Under the pieces are notes generated by a model. That model had not been told where the DNA came from, made no database searches, and was given only the letters and a program-made list of their open reading frames with translations. Both the position numbers and the translations under genes were made by a program. Of a stretch of 64,000 nucleotides of DNA, positions 63,650-64,000 are shown one piece after another; within the stretch, counting starts at the first letter, position 1, and each line of letters opens with the position of its first letter. The stretch spans positions 16 through 64,015 of the forward strand of contig JAMCPQ010000023.1 in assembly GCA_023379825.1 (NCBI GenBank), written 5' to 3'. The stretch is from Thermoplasmatota archaeon (GTDB lineage Archaea > Thermoplasmatota > Thermoplasmata > Thermoplasmatales > Thermoplasmataceae).

Positions 63650-64000
63650 TCATAAGGAGTGCCTGGAAAAAATATCCACAATGATCTTCTTTACATCTTC
63701 AGCGGTTTTTTCCTTTCTATCTTCAACATTCATTATTCGGAATATTCTTGTTGAAGGCAGCCGATCCAGTGATTCCTGATAAATGATGTCAGAATACAGG
63801 GAATCCATGTTTTCGAATATCTTTTCCGAAGAATATCCTCTCTCCAATAGTGATTTCTCGATAAATTCAGGTTTCCTTTCAAGGATTATCACATAATCTG
63901 CCCCGAGAAGATGAGAATAATGTGATACAATGACAACGTCATTTTCCTCACTTCTGGCCCATAATTGAGCGAGGCAGTCCAAATCAACCTCGTCATTTTC
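63650..64000 (-). CDS. AK6/Fap7-type nucleoside monophosphate kinase, 5' end outside the window
   Basis: SHYSHLL, RGYSSEKIFEN; typical neighbour of the CDP-alcohol transferase. Confidence 0.8.
   Translation of the reverse strand, partial: ENDEVDLDCLAQLWARSEENDVVIVSHYSHLLGADYVIILERKPEFIEKSLLERGYSSEKIFENMDSLYSDIIYQESLDRLPSTRIFRIMNVEDRKEKTAEDVKKIIVDIFSRHSL

Overview
Core-genome segment of an archaeon, most likely in or near Thermoplasmatales. Evidence: unlinked 5S rRNA, single-chain RpoB, N-terminally extended RpoA2 and SecY, Ta0583-type actin, otsA/otsB, and no rpl30e/rpl34e/rpl14e at their usual positions. The window holds the S10-spc ribosomal superoperon (rpl3..secY-adk-DUF106-cmk-cbf5-nop5), Sm-rpl37e-purF, rpl44e-rps27e-aIF2a-nop10-PAC2, top6BA, trehalose synthesis, 5S rRNA, three tRNAs, rpoH-B-A1-A2-nusA, aIF1A-rio1-dim2, hemCD, an ABC exporter, a decayed radical-SAM gene, rps13-4-11-rpoD, IMPase-NADK-JAMM, a methylcitrate operon, EF-1beta and lipid/sugar genes. 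I saw no mobile element or CRISPR array. The best novel-system candidate is a chromosomal ParMRC-like module at 58.3-59.9 kb: an actin-like ATPase, a small ribbon-helix-helix/coiled-coil protein, and phased direct repeats at the promoter. Other candidates are a three-way-junction leader before rpl3, a possible PUA/EVE/ASCH-like domain fused to RNA polymerase RpoA2, and a PurF propeptide overprinted on rpl37e. All calls come from motif recognition and manual base-pairing; no searches were run.
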